From Thermodesulfobacteriota bacterium (GTDB lineage: Bacteria > Desulfobacterota > Desulfobacteria > Desulfobacterales > SURF-7): a stretch of DNA of 64,000 nt. The stretch covers positions 85,612 to 149,611 of the forward strand of contig JBMORA010000014.1 in NCBI GenBank assembly GCA_049320885.1, written 5' to 3'. Numbering within the stretch: position 1 is the first letter of the stretch; every line of letters starts with the position of its first letter. Shown piece by piece: positions 61,780 to 64,000 of this stretch. Both the position numbers and the translations under genes were made by a program. The notes under the pieces were generated by a model. The model saw only the letters and a list, made by a program, of their open reading frames with translations, did no database searches and was not told the origin of the DNA.

Positions 61780-61796
61780 ATGGTGCCCCCGGTGCG

Positions 61797-61851
61797 TGTC
61801 ACAGCGGTTGTCATAGTAATGTCACAGCTCCGTGTCGCAGCTTGTCATAGC
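61797..61851. repeat. Five TGTC(A/G)(C/T)AG(C/T) direct repeats
   Basis: Copies start at 61797, 61809, 61820, 61833, 61843. Confidence 0.8.
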
Positions 61852-62897
61852 TCCAATAACGCATAGTGACGGGTTGGATCGGTCGGTCCGGCTCCGCTTT
61901 CTTTAATCAGTTCCTTGTCCAACATTCCTTTTAGATCTCGTTGTAGACTGCGTCGATTTACATCAGGGCAAAGGCCCTCAAAATTCTGAATGGTTAATTT
62001 CCCGTGGCCCAGCAAGAATTCAATAGCCTTCCCTTGCCGCTCATTCAGTCCATGCTTCTGAACCAGTAGATCTCGCCGTATGATTTGCTCTCCTCGTTTT
62101 TTGACCTCGATCATTTGGGTTTCCAAACCTGTGATAAAATAATCGAGCCATACGGTCAGATCCATGCCGTTTTCACGCACGCTTTGGATCGATTTATAAA
62201 AGGTCGGCCTGTCTCGGTCATAATATTCACTGATGGTAAAAAGACGTTTAAAGTCGTATCCCGCCATGTAGAGGCAAAGCGTTGACAGCAGGCGGGATGT
62301 GCGACCGTTGCCGTCAAGGAACGGATGAATATGTACTAACTGGAACTGGGCGATACCGCTGATAAAAACAGGATGTATCTCGATGTCAGCGTTGAGCCAC
62401 TTTACCATTTCCGACATCATGATCGGCACATCTACAGCGGATGGCGGTGTATAGATCACTTCACCGGTCGAAGAGTTGGCAACATAGTTCTGAATACGTC
62501 GGTAATTTCCCGGATCAGCTTTCCCGCCACGAACTCCCTCAACCAGTTTCCGATGAATCTCCCGGATCAGTCCTTCCGTGATCGGGTCACCACTGTCCAG
62601 GCATTCGGAAACGAATTCAAAGGCCGAACGATAATTCAGGAGTTCCCGGGTGTCTTCCGGGTCGGCTTCCGGCACTTCCTCTCCATTCCACAAGCGTTCT
62701 GCTTGATCCAGAGTCAACTGAGTACCTTCAATATGGGTCGTATGATGCGCCTCTTTGATAAGGGCTTTGTTACCCATATCCCGAACCCAATCCTCAGAGA
62801 GCCGGGCTGCTTCCAGAAAACCGCGCGCCCGTTCAATCTGCGTGATGGCCGCGGTCATGCGGTTGGTGATGGTGAATTTTGGATTAAATGCTATCAT
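61845..62897 (-). CDS. Fic-domain protein with C-terminal wHTH
   Basis: [13 protein letters not shown]-terminal inhibitory [17 protein letters not shown]. Confidence 0.92.
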   Translation of the reverse strand: MIAFNPKFTITNRMTAAITQIERARGFLEAARLSEDWVRDMGNKALIKEAHHTTHIEGTQLTLDQAERLWNGEEVPEADPEDTRELLNYRSAFEFVSECLDSGDPITEGLIREIHRKLVEGVRGGKADPGNYRRIQNYVANSSTGEVIYTPPSAVDVPIMMSEMVKWLNADIEIHPVFISGIAQFQLVHIHPFLDGNGRTSRLLSTLCLYMAGYDFKRLFTISEYYDRDRPTFYKSIQSVRENGMDLTVWLDYFITGLETQMIEVKKRGEQIIRRDLLVQKHGLNERQGKAIEFLLGHGKLTIQNFEGLCPDVNRRSLQRDLKGMLDKELIKESGAGPTDPTRHYALLEL

Positions 62898-63503
62898 TTG
62901 TAACTTTTTATCTTTCGTTTGCCCTTCTCTAACTGTCAAAGATTTTATGACAGTTGCCTCCCATTGCATAACCCCATATGCGGCTTGTCTGCATAATGGT
63001 GATTGGGTTCACGCCCTTAAGAGTTTGCTTTTAGCTCTGGAAATCGCAATATTGTCCTGTTTTGAGGGGGTAAATTAGACCTGTTGTCTATATTGATAAC
63101 CAGTTGGCTTGGTCCGACCTAATGCCGTCTGTATTCGTCCAAGTTCATCCTCAGTGCCTAATATATTGTCTTTGCGATTCTAATGGTATTGACTTTACCA
63201 TATATATGGGGATTGTAAAGAGGCTGTTCTGGCGGGTTCATCAGGCGATTTCCGCTTTTTGGGACAGAAATAACGGGGTCCCGGGGCCATATGACCATTT
63301 CACCTCGATGATTGCCGGCAAAAACCATCCGGCTGGCAAAAAAACAGGATCATTCGGCCGTACCTGTCCGGTTGCTCATCTGGAGCATTCAAAAAGACGG
63401 CTTGACATCGGCACAGGGTTTGAGAAATCCCTCAATTCGCGTGTTGGTTGAAACGATATGCGCTGAAGCCGCTTCCTTCAGGGTTTCTTTTTTTGGCCAG
63501 GTG

Positions 63504-64000
63504 TTATGCTTCCGCAAGCCGTTTCAGGGAGTAAATCCCATCAAGGCCTTTGATACGCTTGGGCTTTTTCTCCCGGCTGGTGTGAAAATGATCCTTGAAC
63601 CGCTGGTACAGGCCGGAAACAAAGGCCTTGCTGCCGATGATGCCGGAATCGGAAAAATAGCGGGTGCGGAACAGAAACCGGTCCACCCGCGAGACCTGAT
63701 AGTTTCTTTTTCGTTCCGTTTCGATGGTTTCTTTTTTTATTGCTTTTTGACTTTCGCTCTTCTTGATGCCTCCGGCTTCATACACATATTTCCGGTAGAG
63801 CAGCAGTCGTTCCTCCTTGCCGGCCACGCCGAATTCCGTCAACCCGAACTCCCATGACAGGAAATCATCCGGATTGCCGGTCTGGAAATGATAGCCCATG
63901 GAACTCCAGCGGTATTCTTCCGGCCGGGCCGCGAGACCGGCGCGGATGGGGTTGAGATCGATATAGGCCAGGCAGTTGATCAGGGTTTCGCCGTTTTCCA
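63504..64000 (-). mobile_element. 3' part of a Y1/RAYT-type transposase (runs off the window)
   Basis: Open frame from the window edge: NCLAYIDLNPIRAGL...YRWSS. Confidence 0.82.

Noticed and set aside
1..64000. CRISPR arrays, rRNA, complete tRNAs, known riboswitches
   Set aside because: None recognised by eye; Rfam, tRNAscan and CRISPR scans were not run

Overview
A 64-kb bacterial chromosomal window, most consistent with an anaerobic Desulfobacterota (Desulfobacterales-like); this is inferred from gene content and not from a database search. In order it carries a class A PBP, TetR, XRE-pilMNOPQ, recN/ychF-like genes, dodecin, PilZ/kinase signalling genes, livKHMGF, NAD kinase, a sigma54-activator/AOR/class II aldolase unit, a PPDK-like regulator-gdhA-aminotransferase-ALDH-cobO-nudC unit, and a pair of membrane C39-like/TPR proteins. 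The main feature is a minus-strand operon (57.5-47.1 kb) that the ORF track breaks into pieces: maturation protease, HTH-HdrA, MvhD, HdrD/DsrK-like, FrhB-like, MvhG, MvhA and a D-2-hydroxyacid dehydrogenase. Four of these genes contain an in-frame UGA at a conserved Cys position, each followed by a hairpin of the same geometry (stem beginning at +16/+17, loop at +23, GG at +24/+25). This indicates four selenoproteins, including a [NiFeSe] hydrogenase. The HdrA also carries an in-frame N-terminal excisionase-like HTH domain, with a second internal RBS and start codon. The right end (57.6-64 kb) is accessory: caspase, two orphan solute-binding proteins, an IS66 remnant, a tRNA-end-like att site, Fic and a RAYT-type transposase.
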